From contig OY760935.1 in the NCBI GenBank assembly GCA_963664295.1, positions 384,001-448,000 on the forward strand: 64,000 nucleotides of DNA, written 5' to 3'. Source of the DNA: Candidatus Altimarinota bacterium (GTDB lineage Bacteria > Patescibacteriota > Gracilibacteria > CAIRYL01 > GCA-016699755). The notes under the pieces were generated by a model. That model saw only the letters and a program-made list of their open reading frames with translations, did no database searches and was not told the DNA's origin. Position 1 is the stretch's first letter, and each line of letters starts with the position of its first letter. Shown one piece after another: positions 1 to 9,646 of this stretch. The position numbers and the translations under genes were made by a program.

Positions 1-2
1 TT

Positions 3-1436
3 ACAATAGGAGAAAGCACAGAAAATGAAGAAAAAAATGATCACTTTTATAACATACAAACAAAAACAACTGCTATATCACCTTTTAATGGCGGTTATAA
101 CACATATAGCGTGACTATTACACACCCAAACAGTAACTTTCAATTTCTTTTTTATTTAGAAACAGAAGAAAACCAAACAGTATGGAGATACAGACCCACT
201 ATTACATCTTTTACCGACATAGAAAAAAGAGGAAAAAGATTTGCTATAATATCCGAATTTTTAAGAAACAATGGGATCATTATTAAAAATCCACAAGAAA
301 TAGAAGCACCCGCTCTCTCTGCTAAACAAACAAGCCCACAGCCCGAAGGAGCCCCATTAACAGCTGAACCTGAACCAGCGGATCAATACATGGAAAAACC
401 GGATCCACAACCTGTGTCAGCCATACAAGAAACACTATCTACTGATGATTTGATAAAAGAAATGGAAACAGAAAAAATAAAGATAACACAAAAAAATATT
501 GACAAGCTTGAGTACATAACACCCAAACTTGCAAAAATGATAGTGGAAAAGTGGATTTCAGATGGAGAATATGTTTTAGCATTATCTAACCTAAAAAAAT
601 TAGCACAAACAGAAAAAGAAACAATTAAAGTAGCAGAAGAACTGGCGAATTTTAAAGGCGAGATATTAGCTTTAGGTGGCTTAAAAGAAATCACACCTGA
701 TATAGCAGAAAAACTGGCGAATTTTAAAGGCGATGCATTAGTTTTAGGTGGCTTAAAAGAAATCACACCTGATATAGCAGAAAAACTGGCGAATTTTAAA
801 GGCACACTTTTACGCCTAGATGGCTTAAAAAAAGTTTCACACAATACAATTGTAGCTTTGATAAATTTTACCAACAATGGTCCAAGAAAAGCAATATGCC
901 TATATGGAATTAGATCTCCTAATTCAATTAGCGTGGAATCTTTAATATCATTAGCTAAATCTAATTTTGAAAAAATTTACCTAGGAGATATAAGTAAAGT
1001 TATTGATACTATGACTGATGAGCAGAAAAAAATAATTGCTACAAATCTTAAAAAGTTCACTTTTTCTCCTAATTATTGTAAATATAAACTACTACCATAC
1101 ACACCTTTAATAGAAGATTTTCGACCTCAAGAAATAAATTTTGATAACATAAATGAAAATGATTACAAAAGCGTAATGATAAACAATCATCAATATTTTG
1201 TGGAAATTAAAATAGATACAATAAATTTTTTAAACCTAAACACCAAAGTTGAACATATTTTTAGAATATCAATAGAAAATAATGACAAAATAGTTTGGGA
1301 TTATATAAAACAAGCAAATTATAACGTTATTAATGAGTCAGAGGCGCCAAAAGAACTTGAGCTAGTGCATTATCTTCAAGAACAAGGTATAACTATCAAT
1401 GAAACACAGCCAGAGCCAGTAAAAATGTTGGAGTAA
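3..1436 (+). CDS. Hypothetical protein with three 24-aa LRR-like repeats; 5'-partial (frame is open to the window edge)
   Basis: No stop in frame from position 3 to the GTG at 111; repeat L-x-L-G-G-L-K-E-I-T-P-D-I-A-E-K-L-A-N-F-K-G. Confidence 0.7.
   Translation, partial: TIGESTENEEKNDHFYNIQTKTTAISPFNGGYNTYSVTITHPNSNFQFLFYLETEENQTVWRYRPTITSFTDIEKRGKRFAIISEFLRNNGIIIKNPQEIEAPALSAKQTSPQPEGAPLTAEPEPADQYMEKPDPQPVSAIQETLSTDDLIKEMETEKIKITQKNIDKLEYITPKLAKMIVEKWISDGEYVLALSNLKKLAQTEKETIKVAEELANFKGEILALGGLKEITPDIAEKLANFKGDALVLGGLKEITPDIAEKLANFKGTLLRLDGLKKVSHNTIVALINFTNNGPRKAICLYGIRSPNSISVESLISLAKSNFEKIYLGDISKVIDTMTDEQKKIIATNLKKFTFSPNYCKYKLLPYTPLIEDFRPQEINFDNINENDYKSVMINNHQYFVEIKIDTINFLNLNTKVEHIFRISIENNDKIVWDYIKQANYNVINESEAPKELELVHYLQEQGITINETQPEPVKMLE
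631..832 (+). repeat. Intragenic 72-bp tandem repeat (about 2.8 copies)
   Basis: actggcgaattttaaaggc recurs at 641, 713 and 785. Confidence 0.9.
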
Positions 1437-1444
1437 TGCTTTTC

Positions 1445-3322
1445 TTAAAGCTTAACCTCGTAAACTTTGCTATTATCAACCAAAACCAATCTTTCAGTAG
1501 CAGGATCAACCCAAAAATCTCTAATCTCTTCAATGTCCTCAATAACAACCTGCCTTTGATAATAAGCTTCATTTTGACCTTTTGAAAAAATCAAAATGGA
1601 TTTTTCCGCAGGATTTAGGAAATAAAGTTTATTCAATTTATCATTAGTATAAACCTTTGTTGAGCCTTTAAGGTTGCCATCAGGAGCATCTTTAATAGCA
1701 TAATCAACTTGTTTTGCACGATGAGCCTTAATAACATCACCCTCGCTAGTCAAAGCATAAATACTACCATCTATTGAAAAAGAAATTGCCTTAGATAAAT
1801 CCGCATCAGAATTATAATCTTGTGCCTCTGTGAAGCCATTGTCCTGTCTTTCATATTTCCAAATCTCATTATCCTCTGGCGAAAGAAGATACATATATTT
1901 TGAAAAAGTTTTTACAGCAATTGCTTTTTTGAATGACTCATCTGTTGTGCTTGCATAAGAACCTTCTTCGTCTTTAAATTCAATAATCTTTCCATCATTA
2001 GTTAAAAAAATCATTTCACTTTTAGCATCAAAAATAGTGCCATCAATCACAGATTCACTTTCTTTTAAGTTATAAATATTTTTTACTTCACCACTACCAC
2101 CAAGAATTTGAAAAAGCACATTGTTGTCATAAGCATAAATCTCGGAATTAAGCTCAAAAACACCACGCAAATCAACATTATCGCGTGAACTTGCAAGATC
2201 AACAACAACCTTAGCACCACTAAGGCGAGTTATGCCATTGATTTCATTTCTTTTGTTTTGAGTTTCTTCCAAAATGGCCATTACTTCTTGACGAAAATAA
2301 CCTTGTTCATTGATTTCTTTTGCTGTTGTTTCCACGCGATCAAGAAGATTATTTGCTTCTGTAATTTTTCCTTCCAAATATCTTGCTTCTGCACTGGATA
2401 AATCTTCTTTTATTGTTTGAATTTCTGTGCGATATACTTCTTTTTGTTCATCATTTTTTTGCTGAGAAAGCAAGCCAAAGAAGATAGCCACTAAAACCAA
2501 ACCAATCAAAACAGCAAAAATAATAGCCGCATTTTTATGGTGCCAATTTGAAGAAGCAATTTTATTCCAAAAATTTTTCACACCAGAAGGCATCTTAGCA
2601 CCTAAAGAAGAAGCGCTTTTGCTAGTTGCTTTCTTGAAAAATCCTTCACCTTTGCTTTTTGAGCCACCTTCAAAAGGTAATTTGCTTAAAGTTTTAATAT
2701 GAAAAATAACCAAATTAATAGGCTCATCATCAACCAAAATAAACTTCATTGCTTCCATTGATTCTGTGACACCACTTTGTAAGGCCTCAGCAATTTGATT
2801 ACCAGTGACATGACGAAGTAGGCGAGAGCTAGTAAAAATAATTTTATCATCATCTTTAAGTTCACCATTAGCAACATTGGTAAACAATTCAGTCACCTTT
2901 CCTTGCTCTGTTAAGCCCTCCGAAATAACAGTAAACCTGCCTTTACGCACAAAATAAACCTCTGGAGTACCACAAGAAGTAAAATAAAGATTATTACCAG
3001 AAAAAATAGCAATTAGAAAGCCACCATCTTTCCAAATGCTTTCATCAAGCTCTTTAACGTCTTCCTTAATAACCTCATTAACCACTTTCAAGGCCTCTTC
3101 AAGTCTGTCAAAATCATCACCCTCTTCATCTTTTTTAAAATAGGCCTCCTCAAAAACTGCGCAAATTTTTTCATAAATATTTTTAAGCACACCATTGTCA
3201 GATTGAAAACCTGCAAAAATCCAAGCTTCTTCATTAAAATCAGGTCTTTTTATTTTTTCAATAGCTTGCAAAGATCCTGTTTTAGCTATTGTGTGTTGAG
3301 CAGAGAAAATTTTGATATCCAT
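1445..3322 (-). CDS. CPR-type membrane protein: degenerate PP2C-like N-domain, TM helix, coiled coil, C-terminal beta-propeller-like region
   Basis: 625-aa ORF; LYFTSCG..VYFVR and DDKIIFTS PP2C-like strands; hydrophobic helix near aa 265-285; repeated LY-L...I beta blades. Confidence 0.6.
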   Translation of the reverse strand: MDIKIFSAQHTIAKTGSLQAIEKIKRPDFNEEAWIFAGFQSDNGVLKNIYEKICAVFEEAYFKKDEEGDDFDRLEEALKVVNEVIKEDVKELDESIWKDGGFLIAIFSGNNLYFTSCGTPEVYFVRKGRFTVISEGLTEQGKVTELFTNVANGELKDDDKIIFTSSRLLRHVTGNQIAEALQSGVTESMEAMKFILVDDEPINLVIFHIKTLSKLPFEGGSKSKGEGFFKKATSKSASSLGAKMPSGVKNFWNKIASSNWHHKNAAIIFAVLIGLVLVAIFFGLLSQQKNDEQKEVYRTEIQTIKEDLSSAEARYLEGKITEANNLLDRVETTAKEINEQGYFRQEVMAILEETQNKRNEINGITRLSGAKVVVDLASSRDNVDLRGVFELNSEIYAYDNNVLFQILGGSGEVKNIYNLKESESVIDGTIFDAKSEMIFLTNDGKIIEFKDEEGSYASTTDESFKKAIAVKTFSKYMYLLSPEDNEIWKYERQDNGFTEAQDYNSDADLSKAISFSIDGSIYALTSEGDVIKAHRAKQVDYAIKDAPDGNLKGSTKVYTNDKLNKLYFLNPAEKSILIFSKGQNEAYYQRQVVIEDIEEIRDFWVDPATERLVLVDNSKVYEVKL

Positions 3323-3379
3323 TTGATTTTAAAACTTTATTAAAAAGGTACACATTTTGAGCCAATTCTTCAAGGAAAT

Positions 3380-4297
3380 TTAATACTCAAGAGTGCCAAT
3401 AATGTCTTTTAAATTTTTAATATTATTTTTTTCACACCAAGTGTCCATTTCCTGATTAATTTTTGCAAAAACATCAACCCCACGAAAGTGCACACCGCTA
3501 CCAATTCCTACCAAGTTAGCACCAGCTATCATCAGCTCTATTGCTTCTTCGCCAGTATTCACACCACCAGTGCCAATAATAGGAATACTAACTTTTTTAT
3601 AAATTTCATGCACAGCTCGCACAGCAATAGGAAAAACAGCAGGACCAGAAATACCACCAACTTTATTCGCCAAAATCGGCTTACGAAGTTCAATATTAAT
3701 TCTCATACCCGGACCAACAGTGTTAATAGCAGTAATCGCATCAGCACCAGCTTCTTCACACGCCTTAGCAATATCACCAATATTAGGAACATTAGGGGAG
3801 AGCTTAATTGCCACTTTTTTATCTGTATTTTGTTTAACAGTTTTTGTCACCTTCGACGCAGTCTGAATATCACAAGCAAAAGGTCTACCAAGCTCATCTT
3901 CAACATTTGGACAAGAAATATTAACCTCCACCATATCCGCCTCAGTATTAGAAATTTCCTGAGCAATAAGCGCAAAATCAGCAACTTTTGCGCCAACAAT
4001 ACTAGCAATAATTGGTGCTTTACTAATCTTTTTAAAACTCTTAATCTCCTCACGAGCCTTCTCAATACCCGCATCAGAAAGACCCACAGCATTCATCACC
4101 ATTTCATCAGTAGCAATAATCACAGGATTAGGATGACCCTTATGATTTTCCAGCCAAATACTTTTAGTAGTGACACCGCCAGCACCGTTTTGAATAACCT
4201 CATTCATATTTTCCGCACTCACACCCAAAATACCACTAGCCAAAACCAAAGGATTTTCAAAATTAAGTCCGCAAAAATTTATCTCAAAATTAGTCAT
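3380..4297 (-). CDS. pyrD: Dihydroorotate dehydrogenase family 1 catalytic subunit
   Basis: NPLVLASG, EVNISCPN, KLSPN, GGISG motifs. Confidence 0.95.
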   Translation of the reverse strand: MTNFEINFCGLNFENPLVLASGILGVSAENMNEVIQNGAGGVTTKSIWLENHKGHPNPVIIATDEMVMNAVGLSDAGIEKAREEIKSFKKISKAPIIASIVGAKVADFALIAQEISNTEADMVEVNISCPNVEDELGRPFACDIQTASKVTKTVKQNTDKKVAIKLSPNVPNIGDIAKACEEAGADAITAINTVGPGMRINIELRKPILANKVGGISGPAVFPIAVRAVHEIYKKVSIPIIGTGGVNTGEEAIELMIAGANLVGIGSGVHFRGVDVFAKINQEMDTWCEKNNIKNLKDIIGTLEY

Positions 4298-4657
4298 CTC
4301 TCAAATTATTCCACAGCTTGAACGCAAAGAAAAGAATAATTAAAAATTACAGACTAATAATTATATTTTTACAAATTTTTCTCAAAAAACTTTCTTAATT
4401 AAATTTTTCAATGAACTCTGATACCTAAAATTTTAAAAAACGCCTTAAAACGCAAATTTTGAGGTCGTTTTTTGGCTTATTCATAAGGCAGGGGAATTTT
4501 AAACAAAAATATGATTAAAATTAAAAATTCACAAAAATTTATAAAAACTTAATTAAATTTATTTTTTATGAATAAAATTTTTTAAATAAAAATATAAAAA
4601 GAAAAAATTGTATAGAATTTTTTAATAAAAAAGAGTAATTTTTTAGATATCACTAAA

Positions 4658-4689
4658 TAACTTTGCACAAGTTCCATTGTGCAAAGTTA
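4658..4689. terminator. Perfect 13-bp hairpin downstream of the acyltransferase gene
   Basis: taactttgcacaa-gttcca-ttgtgcaaagtta. Confidence 0.6.
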
Positions 4690-4703
4690 AATATACACAT
4701 AAA

Positions 4704-5843
4704 TCAAGCCCCCTCTTTTTCCTTAAAATAAAAAAATCTCTCAATAAAATAATAAGAAAAAATTGAAAGAAAAATCGATAAAACTAAAGAAATAAAAAAC
4801 GCACCATAAACAATAACACCGGTTTTGTAAACAAAACTAATCACAGGAAAGTGCCAAAGAAAAAAAGAATAACTAATCACACCTAGTCCAGCAAAAAGAT
4901 CAGGTGCAAAAAATTCTTTCACCAGCTTGTTTTTATTGGTTAAATATCCAAATAAAAAGAAAACAAAAAATAAAGAAGCAAAAAAGTGCAAAAAAGTCTG
5001 CAGAAATAAAGACTCTCGAAACTCACTACCAAGATAAGCAAAAATCCACAAAATAATTAAAAAATTAAAAAAACCAGTAAACAAGGCAGTATTAGAAACT
5101 AATTGCCCTATTTTTTTTCTTGCTGGCGATATCCAAAAAACACCAAACAAAGTGCCCAAAGCCAGTTGATCAAAACGACCCCAAAGCTGTTCTGAGTAAA
5201 AAATCCTCTCGTATGTATCCCAGTGATCAAAATATTGAAAAACCCAAATTCGATAGAAAAAATTTGCAAACATAAGGAGTAAAATTGCAAAAATAAAGGA
5301 TTTTTTTGTTTTAAAAAGAGAAAGCAAAAGAGGCAAAAGCACAATAAATAAAACTTCTACAGTCAAAAACCACATCACAGGATTAAGACCCCAATAAGTA
5401 TCAATGGATAAACTTTGAATAAAAAATAAATGATAGAACAAATTTTTTATACCCAATGTTGTTTGCCAATAATCAGGACCTTTTAATAAAAAAAATAAAA
5501 TTGTTATAAAAAAAGCCAAAGGATAAAGCCTTTTTAATCTACGAATAAAAAATTGTTTGCTCACTCTCCCCTCCTTAGCAATAGATAAAAAAAGTAAAAA
5601 TCCAGAAAAAATAAAAAATAAATCAAGACCAAGAAAACCTGCCTGAAAAGGCACAAAAAAAGCACTTTCCCCTATTATATTTAATATCTCCGCCTTATAA
5701 AATCCCCAAAAATGAAAAATAAAAATCAAAAAAGCTGCTATGCCTTTAAGTGAACTTATTCCCTTTATAAAGCCTTTTTCTTTGGTTTTATACCACATTT
5801 TTTGCATATAAAAATTTTGCCTTTTTATCCTACTTTTGTCCAC
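4704..5843 (-). CDS. Acyltransferase family 3 (OafA-like O-acetyltransferase)
   Basis: LKGIA..FH, GLDLFFIFSGF, RRLKRLYP, WFL.VE, G.ISYS.FLWH motifs; multi-TM. Confidence 0.9.
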   Translation of the reverse strand: MDKSRIKRQNFYMQKMWYKTKEKGFIKGISSLKGIAAFLIFIFHFWGFYKAEILNIIGESAFFVPFQAGFLGLDLFFIFSGFLLFLSIAKEGRVSKQFFIRRLKRLYPLAFFITILFFLLKGPDYWQTTLGIKNLFYHLFFIQSLSIDTYWGLNPVMWFLTVEVLFIVLLPLLLSLFKTKKSFIFAILLLMFANFFYRIWVFQYFDHWDTYERIFYSEQLWGRFDQLALGTLFGVFWISPARKKIGQLVSNTALFTGFFNFLIILWIFAYLGSEFRESLFLQTFLHFFASLFFVFFLFGYLTNKNKLVKEFFAPDLFAGLGVISYSFFLWHFPVISFVYKTGVIVYGAFFISLVLSIFLSIFSYYFIERFFYFKEKEGA

Positions 5844-5898
5844 ATTAAAACTTGAAAAAATCGCTTTTTTATGAGAAAATATAGGGATAGAAATAAAA

Positions 5899-6822
5899 AT
5901 GATTAAAAAAACAATTCAAACTTGGGGCGTCAAAGATTGGGCACTTCTCATAGCCGCAATATTTTTTTCATTTATTTTAGTCACTCTTGTCTCCCCTGTC
6001 CTACTAAAAGCAGGTTTTTTAGCAGAAAACTGGGACGATTCTTTAAATCAAGTTAGCGAAGTAATTCGCCCTCCTGAAAGCTACTCAGGAGAGGGCATGC
6101 TTAAAAATCTAGTGACAAATAATGTAATTCCTTTGTTTAAATACATATTTATTGGCGTATCTATCTTATTTTTTGTGCTTTCAATATTTTTAATGATTAC
6201 TGCAGGTGGTGAAGAAGAAGAAATTTCAAAACAAAGAAATGCACTTTTGTGGGCAATGATTGGTTTTGTGTTTATTGCCCTTGCTGCTGATGTCTCCGAT
6301 GCCCTCAATCCTATACAAAACGAAGGTATAGATGTGGACGCCTCCAGAGGAATAAAAGTTTTTCAAAAAATAGTTACTTACCTACAATTAGTTCTTGGGC
6401 TAATAGCAGTTGTGTTTACTTTTTATGCTGGCTTCCGTTTTGTCACCGCTGGTGATGATGAAGAAACTATAGATCAGTCAAAAAGACATTTTTTCTGGGG
6501 AATTATGGGTTTGATTGTAGTTATTTTAGCTGACCCTCTGGTTAATAATGTTTTTTACCCAGCAGATGGTTCACCTGGAATAGAAGAAACCAAATCATTT
6601 ACTATGGAAATAATGGGTGTTTTAAAATTCATTCTCTCATTTTTAGGCGTTTTGGCGCTTATTGGTCTTGTTTTTGCAGGCGTTCTTTATATCACCTCGT
6701 TTGGAAGTGAAGAAAGACAAAACAGAGCCAAACAAATTATTATGGCAACAGTAATTGGTATTGTTATAATTGCTAGTTCATACACAGCAATTGTTATGTT
6801 TACACCAGGAGGCACATCATGA
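5899..6822 (+). CDS. Membrane protein with three tandem VirB2/TrbC-like (T4SS pilin) repeats
   Basis: Three helix-(TAGG/TAGD/TSFG)-E..K..-helix hairpin units. Confidence 0.75.
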   Translation: MIKKTIQTWGVKDWALLIAAIFFSFILVTLVSPVLLKAGFLAENWDDSLNQVSEVIRPPESYSGEGMLKNLVTNNVIPLFKYIFIGVSILFFVLSIFLMITAGGEEEEISKQRNALLWAMIGFVFIALAADVSDALNPIQNEGIDVDASRGIKVFQKIVTYLQLVLGLIAVVFTFYAGFRFVTAGDDEETIDQSKRHFFWGIMGLIVVILADPLVNNVFYPADGSPGIEETKSFTMEIMGVLKFILSFLGVLALIGLVFAGVLYITSFGSEERQNRAKQIIMATVIGIVIIASSYTAIVMFTPGGTS

Positions 6823-7763
6823 AAAAATTTGAAATAATAATCGGCATGGCAATATTAGGCTTAATAATCTTATTAAGCTTCACCGCTAATGATCTCCTTT
6901 TTTCTTCTGTTAGCATTCCTTTTCAAGCTGATGAAGGTCATCATGCAATTACAGACACAAATTATAGCGGAGTTGATGATACAGGCGCAAAAGCAATCAC
7001 AGGATCAATTATGGTTGGAGTAAATTACATAAGAGCAATAGCTGGCATAATAGCAATTGTTTGGATTATCTGGTCAGGTTTTAGTATGGTGACAGCTGGA
7101 GGAGATACAGATAAAGCCAAAAAAGGTAGAGTTGGTATGACCTGGGCCTTAATAGCGCTTAGTTTGATGCTTTTAATAGAGCCATTAGTCACAGATTCTT
7201 TGTATGGTGGTGGAAAAATATTACCAGGAGGTGCCTTGAGAGGAAGAGATAGTATAGCACTTTCAATAACCGAAGGAACAAAGCAAATAATGGCTTTAAT
7301 AGAATGGTTTAAAACAATTGTAGTTGTCATGGCTGTTTTGTATTTTGCTACTTCCGGCTGGAAAATGATCCAACTTTTTGGTGACCAAGAGGCAATAGAA
7401 AAACAAAAAAAAATGTTAGTTTGGATTGGCGTTGGTTTAGTTGTAATTGCTTTAAATGAAGTTGTAATCAATCAAGTTGTTTATCGCACAATTCTTGAAG
7501 CTAATGGGCAGGTTGTTTTTGAGCAAGATCCTGTTCGGGGAATACAAGAATTTGTTGGTTTACTAAAATTTTTCTTAAAATTCTTAGCAATTATTGCTAT
7601 TGGTATATTAATTTATGGTGGTGTGCTTTTAATTATGTCTTTCACAAACGAAGAATACACAGAAAGAGCCAAAAAAATTATTATTGACGCAGGAATTGGC
7701 TTCTTTATTATTTTAATTTCTTTTGCTTTGGTTTCTACTTTAATAACAGGACAGGTAGGCTAG
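6819..7763 (+). CDS. Second triple VirB2/TrbC-like pilin repeat protein
   Basis: Three similar hairpin units; ATGA overlap with the upstream gene. Confidence 0.75.
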   Translation: MKKFEIIIGMAILGLIILLSFTANDLLFSSVSIPFQADEGHHAITDTNYSGVDDTGAKAITGSIMVGVNYIRAIAGIIAIVWIIWSGFSMVTAGGDTDKAKKGRVGMTWALIALSLMLLIEPLVTDSLYGGGKILPGGALRGRDSIALSITEGTKQIMALIEWFKTIVVVMAVLYFATSGWKMIQLFGDQEAIEKQKKMLVWIGVGLVVIALNEVVINQVVYRTILEANGQVVFEQDPVRGIQEFVGLLKFFLKFLAIIAIGILIYGGVLLIMSFTNEEYTERAKKIIIDAGIGFFIILISFALVSTLITGQVG

Positions 7764-7789
7764 TTTTAATTTAAAATTTGCTAACTTCT

Positions 7790-7925
7790 GCAATCTCGGG
7801 AGGCAGGAGGTGTCATTGCGGATTTTTTAGGGTGTCATTGCGAGGAACCTGCCTCTTTTTTTGTCATTATCGGACTTGATCCGCAATCTCCTTGTGCATT
7901 CGCCCAAGCCATGCCTTAGGCAATT
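7790..7925. repeat. REP-like palindromic cluster (GTCATTGCG.../GGACTTGATCCGCAATCTC type)
   Basis: gtcattgcg twice; cggacttgatccgcaatctcc shared with about 51390 and, degenerately, about 27545. Confidence 0.7.
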
Positions 7926-7950
7926 TGTATAATAAATAATTTTTCCCTCC

Positions 7951-8272
7951 AAAATAATAAAACTAAACCTCCTCCCCCTCCAAAAACCAAGGAGTAAAAT
8001 TATTTATTAATAAAATTTTCTAAAATAAATAATTTTAAGTTGCCCTTCCGGCATTTAAACTAGTACTTATAATTTCTTTGCGAATAATGCCGTTAAGAAA
8101 ATTCAACTGAGCTATTTATAGCGAATGATTTGAATTTTTAGGCATTAAGCAATTTTATTAGAAATTAAAGTATTAGTTTAATAGAGGAAAGGTTTTTGTT
8201 TCTTTTTGACTGCAAAAAGAAAGTATATAAAAATAATAAAACTAAACCTCCTCCCCCTCCAAAAACCAAGGA
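7951..8272. repeat. 43-bp exact direct repeat (7951-7993 and 8230-8272, covering the miaB 3' end) flanking a ~125-nt imperfect hairpin
   Basis: aaaataataaaactaaacctcctccccctccaaaaaccaagga occurs twice; hairpin at 8056-8180. Confidence 0.85.
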
Positions 8273-9570
8273 TTAGCCTTAATCACCTTAACCAAAACAT
8301 AATCACCAATAAAAAAAGGTTTTTTAGAAGAAAAATAAATATTCTTATTGTGTTCTGTTTTTCCACCAAACCTATTATTTTCCTGAATTTCCTCAACCAA
8401 AACCTCACAAACATCACCCTCGCAAGCCTGATTACCAGCAAGAGCACTTGCTTTTAAAATTTCATTTAAAGCATGAAACCTGCGTTTTTTTTCTTTTAAG
8501 CTAACATCATCTTCCATTTTTGATGCCATTGTCCCCTTCCTTGGCGAAAATTTAGCAATATAAATCATATCAAAGCCCTCTTTTTCGCAGAGATTTAAAG
8601 TATCTTGAAAATTTTCCTCTGTTTCACCAGGAAAACCAACAATAATATCAGTGGAAATGGCTATTTTTGGTATTTTTTTACGCGCATAAGCAGTAATTTT
8701 TTGATAATCATCTTTAGTGTGTGATCTGTTCATTTTTTGTAAAATCTCATCAGAACCAGCCTGAATAGGCAAATGAAGATGATTGCAAATATTATCGTGT
8801 TCCGCCATAACATCAATCACATCAAAACCCATTTGTGATGGATGTGGTGAAGTAAAACGCAATCTTTTTAAACCACTTATTTTAGCAATTTCACTTAATA
8901 AATAAGCAAAATCAGTCTGATTACCTCTCTGTGGTCGTTCAGAATCATCAAGATAATAAGCATTTACATTTTGACCCAAAAGAGTAATTTCACTTACTCC
9001 CCTATTTATCATTTTTTCACACTCTTTTTTAATTTCCATAAAACTCCTTGACTGCTCTCTGCCACGCGCATAAGGAACAATGCAATAAGTACAAAATTTA
9101 TTACACCCACTCATAATTGGCACAAAGGCTGAATAATGTTTTTTTAACTTTGGCTCAATGGAAAAAAGCTGATCCAAATTATCACCAATCTCACAAGAAC
9201 AAACTGATTTTTTGCTTATTAAATCAGAAATTTTTGGCGCATCTTCTATGCGAAAAACAAAATCCAAATAATTATTCTTTTTAAGTAATTTATCTTCTAT
9301 TTCATCTCCTTTTAATGAAGTTTTTCGCACCATACAACCTGTTAATCCAACAATTCTTGGCTTTATCTTACGCAAAGTATTTGCATTTCTTAAATAGCCA
9401 AAAGCTCTATCTTCTGCATGCTTGCGAACACTACAAGTATTAAAAATAATAATATCTGCCTCCTCCATGTTTTCCGTCTCCACAAAATCAAGATTTTCAA
9501 GTATGCTTGCTACACGCTCAGAATCATTGATATTTTGCTGACAACCAAAAGTTTGAATAAAAAATTTCAT
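8242..9570 (-). CDS. miaB: tRNA (N6-isopentenyl-A37)-methylthiotransferase, radical SAM
   Basis: TFGCQ.N..DSE, NTCSVR, GCNKFCTYC.VP; C-terminal TRAM domain. Confidence 0.95.
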   Translation of the reverse strand: MKFFIQTFGCQQNINDSERVASILENLDFVETENMEEADIIIFNTCSVRKHAEDRAFGYLRNANTLRKIKPRIVGLTGCMVRKTSLKGDEIEDKLLKKNNYLDFVFRIEDAPKISDLISKKSVCSCEIGDNLDQLFSIEPKLKKHYSAFVPIMSGCNKFCTYCIVPYARGREQSRSFMEIKKECEKMINRGVSEITLLGQNVNAYYLDDSERPQRGNQTDFAYLLSEIAKISGLKRLRFTSPHPSQMGFDVIDVMAEHDNICNHLHLPIQAGSDEILQKMNRSHTKDDYQKITAYARKKIPKIAISTDIIVGFPGETEENFQDTLNLCEKEGFDMIYIAKFSPRKGTMASKMEDDVSLKEKKRRFHALNEILKASALAGNQACEGDVCEVLVEEIQENNRFGGKTEHNKNIYFSSKKPFFIGDYVLVKVIKANPWFLEGEEV

Positions 9571-9646
9571 TAAAATATTGTACAGAATTTTCTCTTAAAT
9601 TAAGATTTCACCAACGCATTTTGCAAAATTTTTAATTTAAAAGCAA

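Noticed and set aside
3488-4321. Long antisense ORFs (also 383-877, 16258-16755, 61429-62070 and other short ones)
   Set aside because: Shadows of well-supported genes on the opposite strand, with no motifs
4321-4650. Replication origin in the AT-rich intergenic region
   Set aside because: No convincing cluster of DnaA boxes and no dnaA/dnaN nearby
7951-8272. DGR template/variable repeat pair
   Set aside because: Copies are identical and short, with no adenine-specific mismatches and no reverse transcriptase
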